A stretch of 64,000 nucleotides of DNA from Obrimoposthia wandeli (GCA_977020255.1 CDROCS010000253.1:1736001-1800000); one strand, 5' to 3'; positions 1 through 11,645 are shown, counted from the first letter of the stretch. Notes: generated by a model not told the origin, from the letters alone. Made by a program: numbers and translations.

Positions 1-705
1 TACGGTGTTGAATTAGAAGTTGGTAAGCCACAAGTTGCATACCGTGAAACAATCACAACGGCAATTGAAGATTCTTACACACATAAGAAACAATCTGGTG
101 GTTCTGGTCAGTTCGGTAAAATTGATTACCGTATCAAGCCCGGCGAACCTGGTTCTGGTTTCGTATTCAGCTCTGTTGTTGTTGGTGGTAATGTTCCTAA
201 AGAATTCTTCCCAGCAATCGAGAAAGGCTTCAAAGGCATGATGGATACTGGTGTTCTTGCTGGTTTCCCTGTACTTGACGTTGAAATTGAATTATACGAT
301 GGTGGTTTCCATGCTGTCGATTCATCTGCTGTTGCATTTGAACTCGCTGCTCGTGGTGCTTTCCGTCAGTCAATTCCAAAAGCTGGTGCTCAGTTAATCG
401 AACCTATCATGAAAGTTGATGTGTTTACACCTGATGATCACGTTGGTGATGTTATTGGTGATTTAAACCGTCGTCGTGGCATGATCGGAGGTCAAGACGC
501 TGGTGTTTCTGGTGTTCGTATTAAAGCTGACGTACCTCTTTCAGAAATGTTCGGTTACATCGGAACGTTACGTACAATGACATCAGGTCGTGGTCAATTC
601 TCTATGGAATTCTCTCACTATATGCCTTGTCCTAATAACGTAGCTGAAACTGTAATTGCTGAAGTTAAAGCGGCTAAAATAGCTAAAGATGCAGCTAGAA
701 AGTAG
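1..705 (+). CDS. fusA: Elongation factor G, C-terminal part (5'-truncated by window); stand-alone copy
   Basis: Frame 1 is open from base 1 ([19 protein letters not shown]...[12 protein letters not shown]...[11 protein letters not shown]...LRTMTSGRG). Followed by a terminator, not tuf. Confidence 0.97.
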   Translation, partial: YGVELEVGKPQVAYRETITTAIEDSYTHKKQSGGSGQFGKIDYRIKPGEPGSGFVFSSVVVGGNVPKEFFPAIEKGFKGMMDTGVLAGFPVLDVEIELYDGGFHAVDSSAVAFELAARGAFRQSIPKAGAQLIEPIMKVDVFTPDDHVGDVIGDLNRRRGMIGGQDAGVSGVRIKADVPLSEMFGYIGTLRTMTSGRGQFSMEFSHYMPCPNNVAETVIAEVKAAKIAKDAARK

Positions 706-734
706 AAAATAATTAATCTTTAATTATTTTGATG

Positions 735-759
735 AAAGGATGCTTCGGCATCCTTTTTT
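735..759 (+). terminator. Intrinsic terminator after fusA
   Basis: AAAGGATGC-TTCG-GCATCCTTT followed by a T-run. Confidence 0.9.
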
Positions 760-833
760 ATTGCCTGAAATTCAGTAAGCCTTGTCCTAATAAGCAGACG
801 TTAGCAAAATGAAGTCGTAATTGCTGGAGTTAA

Positions 834-872
834 TGATACTAGAGAATTATTGGCATTAATTCTCTAGTATCA
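834..872. terminator. 16-bp perfect stem-loop, likely terminator for the convergent lipoprotein gene
   Basis: TGATACTAGAGAATTA (834-849) pairs with TAATTCTCTAGTATCA (857-872). Confidence 0.6.
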
Positions 873-920
873 AAAGTTAGTTAGACTAAATATAAAATGT
901 AGTCTCTATAAATAAGTAAA

Positions 921-1283
921 TTATAGTTGACCAGTTGCAGCGCTGTTAGCTCTAGTTATATCTCGTACATAGTTTTTTGCAGCTTCAGCACGTACATCTC
1001 TCTGCTGTTGCGTGGAACAGATTTTTTGCTTAATATGAGAGCCAGTGACGGCAAAGTAAGTACACCTGTAGCCCAGTTTTCTAGCGGCCTTTTTTAACTG
1101 TGTGGAAGTAAAATTAGCTTTTCCTGCTAATTCATTTAGTTCTTTTTCAGTAAGTTGTTTACCCGAATTAATTTTGTTCTTAATCTCAGCTGGAGCAGCA
1201 CTTGCCTGATCCTGCTTTACTGTCGATGTACAACCACCGAGAGAAGCAATCGTTATTAATGCGACTATAATTTTGATCTTCAT
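921..1283 (-). CDS. Hypothetical lipoprotein
   Basis: MKIKIIVALITIASLGG-C lipobox; C-terminal C..TGSHI..KIC motif. Confidence 0.8.
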   Translation of the reverse strand: MKIKIIVALITIASLGGCTSTVKQDQASAAPAEIKNKINSGKQLTEKELNELAGKANFTSTQLKKAARKLGYRCTYFAVTGSHIKQKICSTQQQRDVRAEAAKNYVRDITRANSAATGQL

Positions 1284-1487
1284 AATATTCCATTTATGTT
1301 TATTAATAATTTCATCGACTTAAAATTATATACTACCGTTATATATTTCACAATCGGCTAGTTTAGCGTTGATTTTCTATAACGAATCATATCTAGTAGA
1401 TTCATCTGAATAGTACATTGCCCTTATGGCGCCAACTTTGGTATCTGCTGGGAATAAATGTTACCGAAGTTAAAGTGTCAACAGTCA

Positions 1488-2249
1488 CTAATTTAGTTGT
1501 AGGCCATGAGGCCAAAATTTGCGCCAACGGTGTAAAGTAACCTGAGATAAATAACTCTGCTTATTTCGCTTTATTAAGCGATGCAGTTGCCAATGTTGAG
1601 GTGTTAGATGAATAACAATATTAAGATAATTAGGAATATTAAAATAAGTAATATGATGATCTGGTTGTAACTGCTGTAATATCGTCAAAGACAAATTAAT
1701 GTCGTGATCACTGATATCAGGTAAATTAATTGACAAACATGCATGAGAATCTAACTTGCTGGTTAACACCTCAAGCTGATTTACGATGCAATCAAAACCT
1801 AATTCCTGAGATTGATAGACATCACAAATAATCCAATCTATATCGCTAGCATTTTGCTGCGCTAACCATGTCATGCCATCAGCGCAGGTTATATCCATAT
1901 CAACTTGTTCAGGATTGAAGTACTGAGTAAAACTGTCGATAACCTCCTGACTGTGATCAATCGTCGTTAACATGATATCGGGCGATAAATGCTGTAAAAA
2001 TCGAGTGAGATTACCGCCGCCTAAGCCTAATTCAATAATGCGTGTGGGCCTGAAAAGCATGAGTGGCATTAGCAGGGCAATTTGATGCGGTAAGGTTAAT
2101 TGCCAAGGTTTACGTTTGTGCATAACACTTTGCACTACGTCACTGAATGCCATCCAACGATAAGAGTCATTTTCACTCACCGTTATTGCATCTTGTTGTT
2201 GGCTTAAATACACTAACCGCCCTTGGGCTAAATGTTTTGCTAACTGCAT
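1488..2249 (-). CDS. Spermidine-synthase-like SAM-dependent methyltransferase
   Basis: ELGLGGG SAM-binding motif, ADG, D.IICD. Confidence 0.8.
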   Translation of the reverse strand: MQLAKHLAQGRLVYLSQQQDAITVSENDSYRWMAFSDVVQSVMHKRKPWQLTLPHQIALLMPLMLFRPTRIIELGLGGGNLTRFLQHLSPDIMLTTIDHSQEVIDSFTQYFNPEQVDMDITCADGMTWLAQQNASDIDWIICDVYQSQELGFDCIVNQLEVLTSKLDSHACLSINLPDISDHDINLSLTILQQLQPDHHITYFNIPNYLNIVIHLTPQHWQLHRLIKRNKQSYLSQVTLHRWRKFWPHGLQLN

Positions 2250-2292
2250 AAGCCAATTCCTAAATTTAATGTTAAAAGCGTAAGGATAGCCA

Positions 2293-3189
2293 ATGAATGT
2301 CTGCAGGTCACCAAAAACCGCTTTAGAGTTTGAGCAATACTACCAACTACGTTGGAAAATACTACGTCAGCCATGGGGACAAGTGCTAGGTAGTGAATGT
2401 GATAACCTCGAGCAAGCAAGCATTCATCGTATGATTATTGATGAAAATAATAAAGTGCTGGCTGTGGGACGACTAGAAAAATCTAGCCAATTTTCTGGTC
2501 AAATACGTTTTATGGCAGTTAGCGAAGCAGCGCAAGGGCAGGGACTCGGTCAGCAAATAATTGAAGCGCTTGAACACCAAGCACAAAAGTTGGGTATTAT
2601 CGATTTAACGTTGAATGCGCGAGAAGGTGCGGTAGGTTTTTATCAGAAACTTGATTATAGCTTACAAGGATTTTCACACTTATTGTTTGATGAAATTAAA
2701 CACTTTGCCATGAGTAAAGTCTTAACTCATGCTGTTGAACACCAGCAACAAGCATCAATAGCCTTGCAAAATGTTTGGCATGAGACTATTCCGCTGAGTA
2801 AAGCGATGAACATCCACATTAGTTATTTTGATGGTAAAGAGCTTATTACTCATTGTGATGGTGGTTTTAATAAAAACTTACATAACACTATGTTTGCGGG
2901 CAGTATTTACACTTTAGCCACATTATCTGGCTGGGGTTGGGTCTATTTGCAACTAGAGCAGCAGCAATTGAAAGGTGATATTGTCTTAGCTAAGGCGGAT
3001 ATCAAATATCACGCACCGATAACAGGACTTGGTTATGCGAAAGTCAAAGCTGAGTTAGTATTAGGTGATTTTACTCGACTAACCTTGGGGAAAAATGCGC
3101 GTATTAATTTAACTGTTCACCTTTATAGTGGTGAAAAGGTTGCAGCTACCTTTACCGGTAGTTATGCGGTGTTAGCGCCCAAACCCTAA
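2293..3189 (+). CDS. yiiD: Bifunctional GNAT acetyltransferase / hotdog-fold thioesterase (YiiD family)
   Basis: GNAT QIRFMAV...QGQGLG; hotdog domain N.N.H.TMFAGSIY. Confidence 0.85.
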   Translation: MNVCRSPKTALEFEQYYQLRWKILRQPWGQVLGSECDNLEQASIHRMIIDENNKVLAVGRLEKSSQFSGQIRFMAVSEAAQGQGLGQQIIEALEHQAQKLGIIDLTLNAREGAVGFYQKLDYSLQGFSHLLFDEIKHFAMSKVLTHAVEHQQQASIALQNVWHETIPLSKAMNIHISYFDGKELITHCDGGFNKNLHNTMFAGSIYTLATLSGWGWVYLQLEQQQLKGDIVLAKADIKYHAPITGLGYAKVKAELVLGDFTRLTLGKNARINLTVHLYSGEKVAATFTGSYAVLAPKP

Positions 3190-3227
3190 TATAAATTGAG
3201 TAGAATTGAGTAGAACTGAGTAACGCA

Positions 3228-4139
3228 ATGACGATTCAAATAATGAAGAATAAAAAAAACTCCTCCGTAGATCTTTCTGTAGGCATAGTTGGTTGTGGCT
3301 GGCTGGGTAGTGCATTAGCGCATCAGTTGAAAAAACAGGACGTAGCAGTACTCGCGACACGTAGTAATATAGACAACACCGAACAGCTGAAAAGCCAAGG
3401 CATTGAAGCTGAAGTCTTATGCTTGCCAGCTGAGCAAGCCTTGTTAAATAGCCATGCCATTTTTAAGCAGCAATGTTTAGTTATCGCTATTACGCCACAA
3501 TTTAGACAAGGTCGCGTTGATTATGCTGACAAAGTAAAACAGCTAGTTGAATCAGCCAAAGTGGGTAACTGTGTCGAGAAAATAATTTTACTGAGCAGTA
3601 GTGCGATATATAACGGTTTATCAGGGCAAGTAGTGGAAGACTGCACTCTAGATATGTCTGCTGATAAAGTTTCGGTATTAAATAATGCAGAACAAGCGGT
3701 ATTGAGTTTCAATGAAGCTAGCTGTAATGAATCAAATGATGACTTAGCTAATAAAAAAGCTTATGTACTTAGGTTATCAGGCCTTGTTGGCCCCAATCGT
3801 CACCCAGGGAAATTTTTGTTAAATGGTCGTATGCTCAAAAGCCCACAGGCAATTGTTAACTTAATTCATCAACAAGATGCCGTTGGTCTCATTCAGACAT
3901 TGCTACAAAGTGACATCCACGGCGGAATTTTTAATGGTGTTAGCTCAACACAGGTCACTAAAAAGCAATATTATCAAGCGGCAGCAAGTGCCTTAGGATT
4001 ATCAACACCTACTTTTGAAGAGAGTGACCTGACATCAGCGAGTGAACCTAAAATAGTCTCAGGTAAAAAAACTCAGGCAGCGTTAAATTATTCATTCGTT
4101 TATGATGATTTACTCAATTGGCTAGAGTTAGGAGAGTAG
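3228..4139 (+). CDS. NAD-dependent epimerase/dehydratase (YeeZ-like extended SDR)
   Basis: GIVGCGWLG Rossmann motif; LSSSAIY; LRLSGLVGP.RHP. Confidence 0.85.
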   Translation: MTIQIMKNKKNSSVDLSVGIVGCGWLGSALAHQLKKQDVAVLATRSNIDNTEQLKSQGIEAEVLCLPAEQALLNSHAIFKQQCLVIAITPQFRQGRVDYADKVKQLVESAKVGNCVEKIILLSSSAIYNGLSGQVVEDCTLDMSADKVSVLNNAEQAVLSFNEASCNESNDDLANKKAYVLRLSGLVGPNRHPGKFLLNGRMLKSPQAIVNLIHQQDAVGLIQTLLQSDIHGGIFNGVSSTQVTKKQYYQAAASALGLSTPTFEESDLTSASEPKIVSGKKTQAALNYSFVYDDLLNWLELGE

Positions 4140-4192
4140 TTCTGATACCTAAGTGATCATTTCCTTACGTTCCTATGCACATGCTTCAGGGG

Positions 4193-4272
4193 CGTCATCC
4201 CCGTGGTGTCTTAATCGGAGATCCAGTTTATAAAAAGTAATGGATCTTCGATCAGGAACTTCGAAGATGACG
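4193..4272. repeat. CGTC-type REP-like doublet
   Basis: CGTCATCCCCG...CGGAGATCCA ... TGGATCTTCG...CGAAGATGACG; same architecture at 5597, 7371, 28699. Confidence 0.85.
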
Positions 4273-4390
4273 TTTACAGCAAAACCCTGAGTTAAATATA
4301 TAATAATGTTTTCTTATATCAAAATGATTATTACACTGGATGTTAGCTCTTTTGATATACTAGCGCCGTTATTTATTAAAGAGCCAACTT

Positions 4391-4669
4391 TTGAATTTAT
4401 TTCCAACAAAATTTATAATTCGCCACCAAGCTAAACTCTTGTTTATTGCTGTATGGGCTCATGTCACTATTTTAGATCTTTGTTATGTGACTTATACGGG
4501 GCCAATATTTTTTTGGCAAGAAAACTTACAACCATACACATTATTTATTCATCTAACGGTAGCCTCCTTAACTTTAGCTTTCTATTTTTTACTTATGAAT
4601 ATCAGTACACGTTTTCGAGCAAATAAAGCCGTTAAAATACTCAACTCTACCAAGGATTCTTCATACTAA
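4391..4669 (+). CDS. Small hypothetical membrane protein, stop overlaps dusC start
   Basis: TTG start, 92 aa, two hydrophobic stretches; TAATG overlap with dusC. Confidence 0.45.
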   Translation: MNLFPTKFIIRHQAKLLFIAVWAHVTILDLCYVTYTGPIFFWQENLQPYTLFIHLTVASLTLAFYFLLMNISTRFRANKAVKILNSTKDSSY

Positions 4670-5601
4670 TGCGTGTTGTACTTGCGCCTATGGAAGGCGT
4701 GCTGGATTATCGAATGCGTGATTTACTTACCCAAGTAGGCAGTTATGACCTCTGCGTCACTGAGTTTATTCGTGTGGTTGATCAAGTGCTTCCCGATCGT
4801 GTTTTTCATCGATACTGTCCGGAGTTAATTGATGCTGACGTTTACGGTAGCTGTACTAAAGCGGGCACACCTGTTCGAGTACAGTTATTGGGACAATACC
4901 CTGAGTATATGGCTGAAAATGCCGCCAAAGTTATTGAGCTTGGCTCAAGTGGTATCGATTTAAACTTTGGCTGCCCCTCAAAAACGGTTAATAAAAGTCG
5001 TGGTGGCTCTATTTTATTAAAAGATCCTGAAAATCTTTATCAAATAATAAAAGCAGTTAAAGAAGCTGTACCTAGCGACACCATTGTCAGTGCTAAAATT
5101 CGTTTGGGTTATGAAGATAAGACCCTCGCCATAGAAAATGGTCAAGCAGTTGAGGCTGCCGGAGCCAATGAACTTACTGTACATGCCCGTACTAAATTAG
5201 AAGGTTACAAGCGACCTGCACATTGGCACTGGATTGCTAAAATTAAAAGTGCAATTAATATTCCTGTTATCGCTAATGGTGAAATTTGGAATTTAGACGA
5301 TGCAATTAAGTGTCGAGAGATTTCTGGTTGTACAGACATTATGGTTGGTCGTGGTGCGTTAACTATTCCTAATTTAGGACAGGTCATTAAACAAGAGCGG
5401 GATATTATGCCTTGGTTAGAGGTTCTGGCTATATTATCTGCCTATACAGAATTTGAAACTCACGGTGATAAGAGCAAGTATTACTGTAATCGCATCAAAC
5501 AGTGGCTGAAATATTTAAAGAGTCATTATCAGGAAGCGGATGTACTGTTTGACGAAATCAGAAGATTAAAAACAGCAGAAGGTATTAGAGCTGCATTGTA
5601 A
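4669..5601 (+). CDS. dusC: tRNA-dihydrouridine synthase C
   Basis: MRVVLAPMEG, DLNFGCPSKTV, VHARTK, ANGEIW. Confidence 0.95.
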   Translation: MRVVLAPMEGVLDYRMRDLLTQVGSYDLCVTEFIRVVDQVLPDRVFHRYCPELIDADVYGSCTKAGTPVRVQLLGQYPEYMAENAAKVIELGSSGIDLNFGCPSKTVNKSRGGSILLKDPENLYQIIKAVKEAVPSDTIVSAKIRLGYEDKTLAIENGQAVEAAGANELTVHARTKLEGYKRPAHWHWIAKIKSAINIPVIANGEIWNLDDAIKCREISGCTDIMVGRGALTIPNLGQVIKQERDIMPWLEVLAILSAYTEFETHGDKSKYYCNRIKQWLKYLKSHYQEADVLFDEIRRLKTAEGIRAAL

Positions 5602-5658
5602 TTCTTGAGTATAAGCTATTTAAAACTGGATACTCGATCAGATACTTCGGGTATGACG
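5597..5658. repeat. Internally deleted CGTC-type repeat overlapping the dusC stop
   Basis: Right unit CTGGATACTCG...CGGGTATGACG (5626-5658); left remnant TGTAATTCTTGAGT matches 10/14 to CGTCATTCCCGAGT. Confidence 0.7.
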
Positions 5659-5712
5659 GTGTCAAGCTTTGGCTATATATTTAGTCGGTTAAACCCTTTC
5701 TATCAAAGCAAT

Positions 5713-5741
5713 AAAAAAGGTAGCGATTAAGCTACCTTTTT
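5713..5741. terminator. Bidirectional terminator dusC/hutH
   Basis: AAAAAAGGTAGC-GATTAA-GCTACCTTTTT. Confidence 0.85.
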
Positions 5742-5777
5742 CGTTTTAACTTTTCAACAGCTGGAGCTGAAGCCAGC

Positions 5778-7322
5778 TTATAAACTAGGTAATAAACCAG
5801 CAGGCATATATTGATTCAAGTAACCATCAGAGATGATTTCAGATGCTTCAACAATGTCAGGTGCAAAGTATCTGTCTTTATCGTAGAAAGTGACTGTTTC
5901 ACGTAACTTCGCTTTTGCTTTTTCAATAAGGGGTGAGCCTTTAAGTGGCGCTCTAAAGTCTAAACCTTGTACTGCGGCTAAATACTCTACAGCTAATACA
6001 CCATTAGTATTCTCACTCATATCCGCTAAACGACGACCAGCGAAACAGGCCATAGATACGTGATCTTCTTGGTTAGCAGACGTTGGTAAGCTATCAACAG
6101 ACGCAGGATGAGCTAAAGACTTGTTCTCTGAAGCAAGTGCCGCAGAAGTAACTTGGGCGATCATAAAGCCAGAGTTAACACCGCCGTTATCCACTAAAAA
6201 TGGTGGTAATTTACTTAAGCTAGAGTCAATTAATAACGCCATGCGACGTTCAGATAATGAACCAATCTCAGCAATAGCCAATGCTAAGTTATCAGCAGCC
6301 ATAGCGACAGGCTCAGCATGGAAGTTACCAGCAGAGATAAAGTCACCTTCGTTAGCAAAAACTAATGGATTATCTGTTACGCCATTCGCTTCTACGTGCA
6401 GTACTTCTGCCGCTTGGCGAATTTGTGTTAAACAGGCGCCCATGACTTGTGGCTGACAACGAAGTGAATAAGGGTCTTGTACCTTTTCACAATCAACGTG
6501 TGCTTCAGCTATTTCAGAAGTATCCGTTAATACTTCACGGTAAGCTTGTGCAGAATCAATTTGACCTTTTTGGCCGCGAACAAAATGTACTCGATGATCA
6601 AACGGTGCACGGGAGCCCATCGCGGCTTCTACTGAAATAGAACCAATTACGGTACCGGCAGCAAATAAATCTTCAGCATGAAATAAACCTTCTAAAGAAA
6701 ATGCTGTTGAAGCTTGCGTACCATTTAATAAAGCTAAACCTTCTTTCGCCGCTAGTGTTACTACCTCAAGTCCTGCAATTTTTAAGCCTTCAGCCGCGGG
6801 GATTACTTGATCTTGGTAAGACATTTCGCCTTCACCTAATAACGGTAATACCATGTGAGAAAGTGGTGCTAAATCACCGGAAGCGCCTACGGAACCTTTC
6901 TTTGGTACGCACGGGTAAACTTCAGCATTCAATAAAGTAATTAATGCTTGAATCACCTGTAAACGGATACCTGAAAAACCACGAGAAAGTGAGTTTATTT
7001 TCAATACCATCATTAAGCGTACAGTCGAATCTTCCATATACTCGCCAAAACCAGCTGAGTGAGAAAGTACGATAGAGCGTTGTAATAATTCTAGCTCTTC
7101 ATTTTTAATACGAGTACTGGCTAACAAGCCAAAACCGGTGTTGATACCGTAAACAACGCGATTATCTTTAATTACTTGCTGTACTGCGTCAGCACTTTTG
7201 TTGATCTCGGCAAAAGCTGATTCATCTAAGCTGTATTTTATGCCGTCAAAACGGTTTACGTCACGTAATTGGGCTAGGGTAAGTTGCCCTGGGATAATCT
7301 TTAATTCAGTAATGTGGTTCAT
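5778..7322 (-). CDS. hutH: Histidine ammonia-lyase
   Basis: [11 protein letters not shown] (MIO-forming ASG), [20 protein letters not shown]. Confidence 0.98.
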   Translation of the reverse strand: MNHITELKIIPGQLTLAQLRDVNRFDGIKYSLDESAFAEINKSADAVQQVIKDNRVVYGINTGFGLLASTRIKNEELELLQRSIVLSHSAGFGEYMEDSTVRLMMVLKINSLSRGFSGIRLQVIQALITLLNAEVYPCVPKKGSVGASGDLAPLSHMVLPLLGEGEMSYQDQVIPAAEGLKIAGLEVVTLAAKEGLALLNGTQASTAFSLEGLFHAEDLFAAGTVIGSISVEAAMGSRAPFDHRVHFVRGQKGQIDSAQAYREVLTDTSEIAEAHVDCEKVQDPYSLRCQPQVMGACLTQIRQAAEVLHVEANGVTDNPLVFANEGDFISAGNFHAEPVAMAADNLALAIAEIGSLSERRMALLIDSSLSKLPPFLVDNGGVNSGFMIAQVTSAALASENKSLAHPASVDSLPTSANQEDHVSMACFAGRRLADMSENTNGVLAVEYLAAVQGLDFRAPLKGSPLIEKAKAKLRETVTFYDKDRYFAPDIVEASEIISDGYLNQYMPAGLLPSL

Positions 7323-7370
7323 TTTATTTTTCTCAATATAATAGATCTTTATTCACCTAACTCTTGAGCT

Positions 7371-7447
7371 CGTCATTCCCGAGTTGTCTTATCGGGAATC
7401 CATAAGGTTACAAATTGGATCCCCGATCAGAGACTTCGAGGATGACC
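7371..7447. repeat. CGTC-type REP-like doublet between hutU and hutH
   Basis: CGTCATTCCCG...CGGGAATCCA ... TGGATCCCCG...CGAGGATGAC. Confidence 0.85.
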
Positions 7448-7483
7448 GTTATAAAAGCTAGGTAACATGGGTAAATGTAGTGG

Positions 7484-9178
7484 TTATTTTCCGTTGGCAC
7501 CATCAATCATGGGCAAGTCGAGACCTTGCTCTTTTGCACAATCAACTGCTAAGTCATAACCTGCGTCTGCATGGCGCATAACACCTGTTGCCGGATCGTT
7601 CCATAATACACGGCCAATACGTTTAGCTGCATCATCAGTACCGTCAGCAACAATAACCACACCTGAGTGTTGGCTAAAGCCCATGCCAACGCCACCACCA
7701 TGGTGTATGCTAACCCATGTCGCGCCACCAGAAGTTGATAATAAAGCGTTAAGTAATGGCCAATCTGATACGGCATCAGAGCCATCTAACATGCTTTCAG
7801 TTTCGCGGTTTGGTGAAGCAACTGAGCCTGAATCTAAATGGTCACGACCAATGACAACGGGTGCAGAAAGCTCGCCCGTTTTAACCATTTCGTTAAATGC
7901 TAAGGCTAAACGCGCTCTATCTTTCAAGCCAACCCAACAAATACGTGCAGGTAAACCTTGGAAAGCAATACGCTCACGTGCCATGTCTAACCAGTTATGC
8001 AAATGTGGGTTATCAGGAATAAGCTCTTTCACTTTAGCATCTGTTTTGTAGATGTCTTCTGGATCGCCAGAGAGTGCAACCCAACGAAATGGTCCAATAC
8101 CTTCACAGAATAGTGGACGAACATAAGCAGGGACAAAACCAGGGAAATCGAATGCGTTTGTTACACCTTCTTCCAATGCCATTTGACGGATGTTGTTACC
8201 ATAATCGGTTGTAGCAGCACCCATTTTTTGTAAATCAAGCATGGCTTGAACTTGTACAGCCATAGATTGCTTAGCCGCTTTTACCACAGCCGCTTCATCT
8301 TTTAAGCGCATCTCTACGGCATGTTCCATGGTCCAGCCTTGTGGCAAGTAACCGTTTAAGGGATCATGTGCAGACGTTTGGTCAGTGACTACATCAGGGG
8401 TAATACCACGTTTAACTAACTCTGGGAAAACGTCAGCAGCATTACCTAAAAGACCGACTGAAATCGCCTCACCTTTTGCATTTGCTTCATTGATGATTGC
8501 TAATGCGTCATCTAATGTTGTTGCTTTTTTATCAACATAACGCGTTTTAATGCGGAAATCGATACGCGTCTCATCACATTCAACCACTAAGGCTGAAAAA
8601 CCAGCCATGGTTGCTGCTAGTGGTTGAGCACCACCCATTCCGCCTAAACCACCAGTAAGTACCCATTTGCCTTTAGCACTGCCACCGAAGTGTTGGTTAG
8701 CCATGGCAACAAATGTTTCGTAAGTGCCTTGAACAATACCCTGTGAGCCAATGTAAATCCAAGAGCCGGCAGTCATTTGGCCGTACATCATTAGGCCTTT
8801 TTTATCTAACTCATTAAAATGCTCCCAATTAGCCCAATTAGGTACTAGGTTTGAATTAGCAATTAATACGCGTGGTGCGTTTTCATGAGTTTTGAAAACG
8901 CCAACAGGTTTACCTGATTGCACCATTAAGGTTTCATCATTTTCAAGGCGATTTAACACCTCAATAATTTTGTCGTAACATTCCCAATTACGCGCTGCAC
9001 GGCCTATACCACCATATACCACTAAAGATTGTGGATGCTCAGCAACTTCAGGATCTAAGTTATTCATTAGCATGCGTTTAGCGGCTTCTGTTAACCAACT
9101 TTTTGTGGTGATTTCAGTGCCGCGGTCAGCGCGAATAACGCGTGAAGTGTCTAAACGTGTCTCTGTATTAGTTGTCAT
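7484..9178 (-). CDS. hutU: Urocanate hydratase
   Basis: [27 protein letters not shown]. Confidence 0.98.
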   Translation of the reverse strand: MTTNTETRLDTSRVIRADRGTEITTKSWLTEAAKRMLMNNLDPEVAEHPQSLVVYGGIGRAARNWECYDKIIEVLNRLENDETLMVQSGKPVGVFKTHENAPRVLIANSNLVPNWANWEHFNELDKKGLMMYGQMTAGSWIYIGSQGIVQGTYETFVAMANQHFGGSAKGKWVLTGGLGGMGGAQPLAATMAGFSALVVECDETRIDFRIKTRYVDKKATTLDDALAIINEANAKGEAISVGLLGNAADVFPELVKRGITPDVVTDQTSAHDPLNGYLPQGWTMEHAVEMRLKDEAAVVKAAKQSMAVQVQAMLDLQKMGAATTDYGNNIRQMALEEGVTNAFDFPGFVPAYVRPLFCEGIGPFRWVALSGDPEDIYKTDAKVKELIPDNPHLHNWLDMARERIAFQGLPARICWVGLKDRARLALAFNEMVKTGELSAPVVIGRDHLDSGSVASPNRETESMLDGSDAVSDWPLLNALLSTSGGATWVSIHHGGGVGMGFSQHSGVVIVADGTDDAAKRIGRVLWNDPATGVMRHADAGYDLAVDCAKEQGLDLPMIDGANGK

Positions 9179-9300
9179 CGTGTTTCCTCATGGTACAAAT
9201 TCTGATACTCAGTGTTATAAAGGCCAATAGGTCAATAAAAGAGTATGTGGACTATAGCTGTAAATGCTTACTTGATAATGCCGATAACAAGCAATCAGGT

Positions 9301-10062
9301 TTAAAATTTAAGACGGCTGCCTAAACGATACTTATCACCAGGTGATGTCAAAATAGCGACACTCACCACACCTTGTTTTGACCAAGTTCGGCGTTTAACT
9401 TGTAAGCAAGGCATAGTTGACGGTATGCCTAAGTGCTGGCAAATATCATCATTTGCGAGAATCGCTTCTATTTCATGAGTTGCTTCAGTTAAAGGAGCAA
9501 CCGATGAAAGATATTCATGTGGGGTGATTATGGTAAAGTTTTGTAATAAATATTCAGGCACTAAACTGGCATTGACAAAACGTTGCTCTAACTGAATCGC
9601 ATCATCATTTTCATAATGTAATATCTCAGAATAAAAAACATGTTCGTTATTTTTTAAGTTGAGTAAAATAGCTATCTCTTCAGTAACGGCAATCGATCTT
9701 AATAATAATTGCTTGGCTTTATGTTGATGACCACGATCACTAATTTCATCACTAATGTTACGAATTTCTAGCAGTGATGATTGTGACTTAAATGTTGCGA
9801 CAAAAGTGCCTGCGCCTTGCGAGCGTACTAATATTCCTTGCTCTGTTAAATCTTGTAAGGCACGCCTTGCTGTCATACGGCTAACATTAAATTGCTGAGT
9901 GAGTTCGTTTTCAGAAGGTACTTTTGCATTTTGCGGCCACTCACCTGACTCAATATTTTCACGAATATATTGCTTGATAATAGTATACTTAGCAGGCTTA
10001 TTTTTTTTTGCTGAGCTTTTGTTAGTGCTGTTACTAAAATGGACAGTAGAATTAGTCGTCAT
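9301..10062 (-). CDS. hutC: Histidine utilization repressor (GntR/UTRA)
   Basis: PSENEL...VSRMTARRAL...QGAGTFV; UTRA C-terminus; hut context. Confidence 0.95.
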   Translation of the reverse strand: MTTNSTVHFSNSTNKSSAKKNKPAKYTIIKQYIRENIESGEWPQNAKVPSENELTQQFNVSRMTARRALQDLTEQGILVRSQGAGTFVATFKSQSSLLEIRNISDEISDRGHQHKAKQLLLRSIAVTEEIAILLNLKNNEHVFYSEILHYENDDAIQLEQRFVNASLVPEYLLQNFTIITPHEYLSSVAPLTEATHEIEAILANDDICQHLGIPSTMPCLQVKRRTWSKQGVVSVAILTSPGDKYRLGSRLKF

Positions 10063-10125
10063 GATTATATTTGAGTTGTTTGAACTTATTTATACGATCT
10101 CACATATTTAATGAAAAGGCAATGG

Positions 10126-10137
10126 TTGTATATACAA
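10126..10137. promoter_or_regulatory. HutC operator
   Basis: Perfect palindrome TTGTATATACAA containing TGTA-N2-TACA between divergent hutC and hutI; possible weaker copy ACTTATTTATACGA near 10084. Confidence 0.85.
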
Positions 10138-10257
10138 GTTGTGATCGGCATAATATCAAGGTAAAATTTTTCTATCATGTGGATTATTTGCAAGTTTTTA
10201 TAGATGAAGACTGGCTCACTTTTTTCGCTTTCATCACTTTCTCGATAAGGTCGCGGT

Positions 10258-11541
10258 ATGACACTCTTTAAGCACTGGCAAACCCTTTATATCAATGTAA
10301 ATTTGGCAACTATGACGGATGGCAGCAAAAGTTATGGCGAAATAACTCAAGCGGCATTAGCAATCAGCAAGGGTAAAATTGTTTGGGTAGGTAAACAAAA
10401 TGATTTACCTGAATCAATAGTAGACTCTTTATTTGACTTTTCATTAGACAAAGATGGTGACCATTCGATAGATGGCTCAGTTGATATTATAGATGGTAAA
10501 GGGCAGTGGTTAACGCCTGGTTTAATCGATTGTCATACGCACTTAGTGTATGGCGGCAACCGAGCTAACGAATTTGAAATGCGCTTACAAGGTAAAAGCT
10601 ATCAAGAAATTGCCAATGCTGGCGGCGGTATTGTTTCAACAGTTACCGCGACCCGAAAAGCGAGTGAGCAAGCATTGCTCGCCAGCGCTTTACCGCGTTT
10701 AACCGCTTTACATCAACAAGGTGTTACTACGGTTGAGATTAAGTCAGGTTATGGCTTAGATACCTTAAACGAAATTAAAATGCTTAAAGTCGCGGGTCTT
10801 TTAGCTGACGAACTACCTGTTACTATTAAACGTACTTTTCTTGGTGCGCATGCTTTGCCAACAGAGTATAAAGACAATGCAGAGGGCTACCTTGATATTG
10901 TTTGCGATGAAATGTTGCCACAAATTGTGAGTGAAAACTTAGCAGATGCCGTTGATGTATTTTGTGAAGGCATAGGTTTTAGTCTTGAGCAAACCAAACG
11001 CGTTTTTGATGCGGCACAATCATATAACTTACCTATAAAAGTGCATGCAGAACAATTATCTAACTTAGGTGCCTCGGAATTGGCGGCCAACTATAATGCT
11101 TTGTCCTCTGATCATATTGAGTTTCTAGATGAAGCGGGCATTAAAGCGATGAAAAAATCGGGCATGACGGCGGTATTATTGCCCGGTGCTTTCTATTTCT
11201 TACGTGAAACCCAGTTACCGCCAATAGAGCTACTGCGTAAACATCAAGTACCTATGGCAGTAGCTACAGATGCCAACCCAGGCACTTCACCCATTCATAA
11301 TATTCACTTAATGCTAAATATGGCCTGTACTTTATTTAGATTAACCCCATCTGAAGCTTTGGCAGGTATTACCTGTTATGGCGCTAAGGCCTTAGGGTTA
11401 AGTGAAAGCAAAGGGCAGTTAGTCGTTGGCTATGATGCGGATATTGCTTTTTGGAATATTGAGCAACCGGCCGAGCTTTGTTATCAATTTGGCGTGAATC
11501 CACTAACAAGTTTGTATCAAGCCGGAAAGAAAGTTATTTAG
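10258..11541 (+). CDS. hutI: Imidazolonepropionase
   Basis: [31 protein letters not shown]. Confidence 0.97.
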   Translation: MTLFKHWQTLYINVNLATMTDGSKSYGEITQAALAISKGKIVWVGKQNDLPESIVDSLFDFSLDKDGDHSIDGSVDIIDGKGQWLTPGLIDCHTHLVYGGNRANEFEMRLQGKSYQEIANAGGGIVSTVTATRKASEQALLASALPRLTALHQQGVTTVEIKSGYGLDTLNEIKMLKVAGLLADELPVTIKRTFLGAHALPTEYKDNAEGYLDIVCDEMLPQIVSENLADAVDVFCEGIGFSLEQTKRVFDAAQSYNLPIKVHAEQLSNLGASELAANYNALSSDHIEFLDEAGIKAMKKSGMTAVLLPGAFYFLRETQLPPIELLRKHQVPMAVATDANPGTSPIHNIHLMLNMACTLFRLTPSEALAGITCYGAKALGLSESKGQLVVGYDADIAFWNIEQPAELCYQFGVNPLTSLYQAGKKVI

Positions 11542-11609
11542 CTGAGTAAAGGGGTTTTGCTATTCATTGAGTGGATGAATAGCATTTTCTGGTGATTTGC
11601 AGATGATTA

Positions 11610-11645
11610 ATACCAAACGGATTAATAAATTAGTCCGATTGGTAT
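11610..11645. repeat. Minimal ATACC-ended palindrome (MITE-like, terminal arms only)
   Basis: ATACCAAACGGATTAAT-AA-ATTAGTCCGATTGGTAT, arms 15/17; left arm identical to 58481-58497. Confidence 0.7.

Noticed and set aside
20-241. 73-aa ORF in the track
   Set aside because: Out-of-frame shadow of fusA, whose frame is open from base 1.
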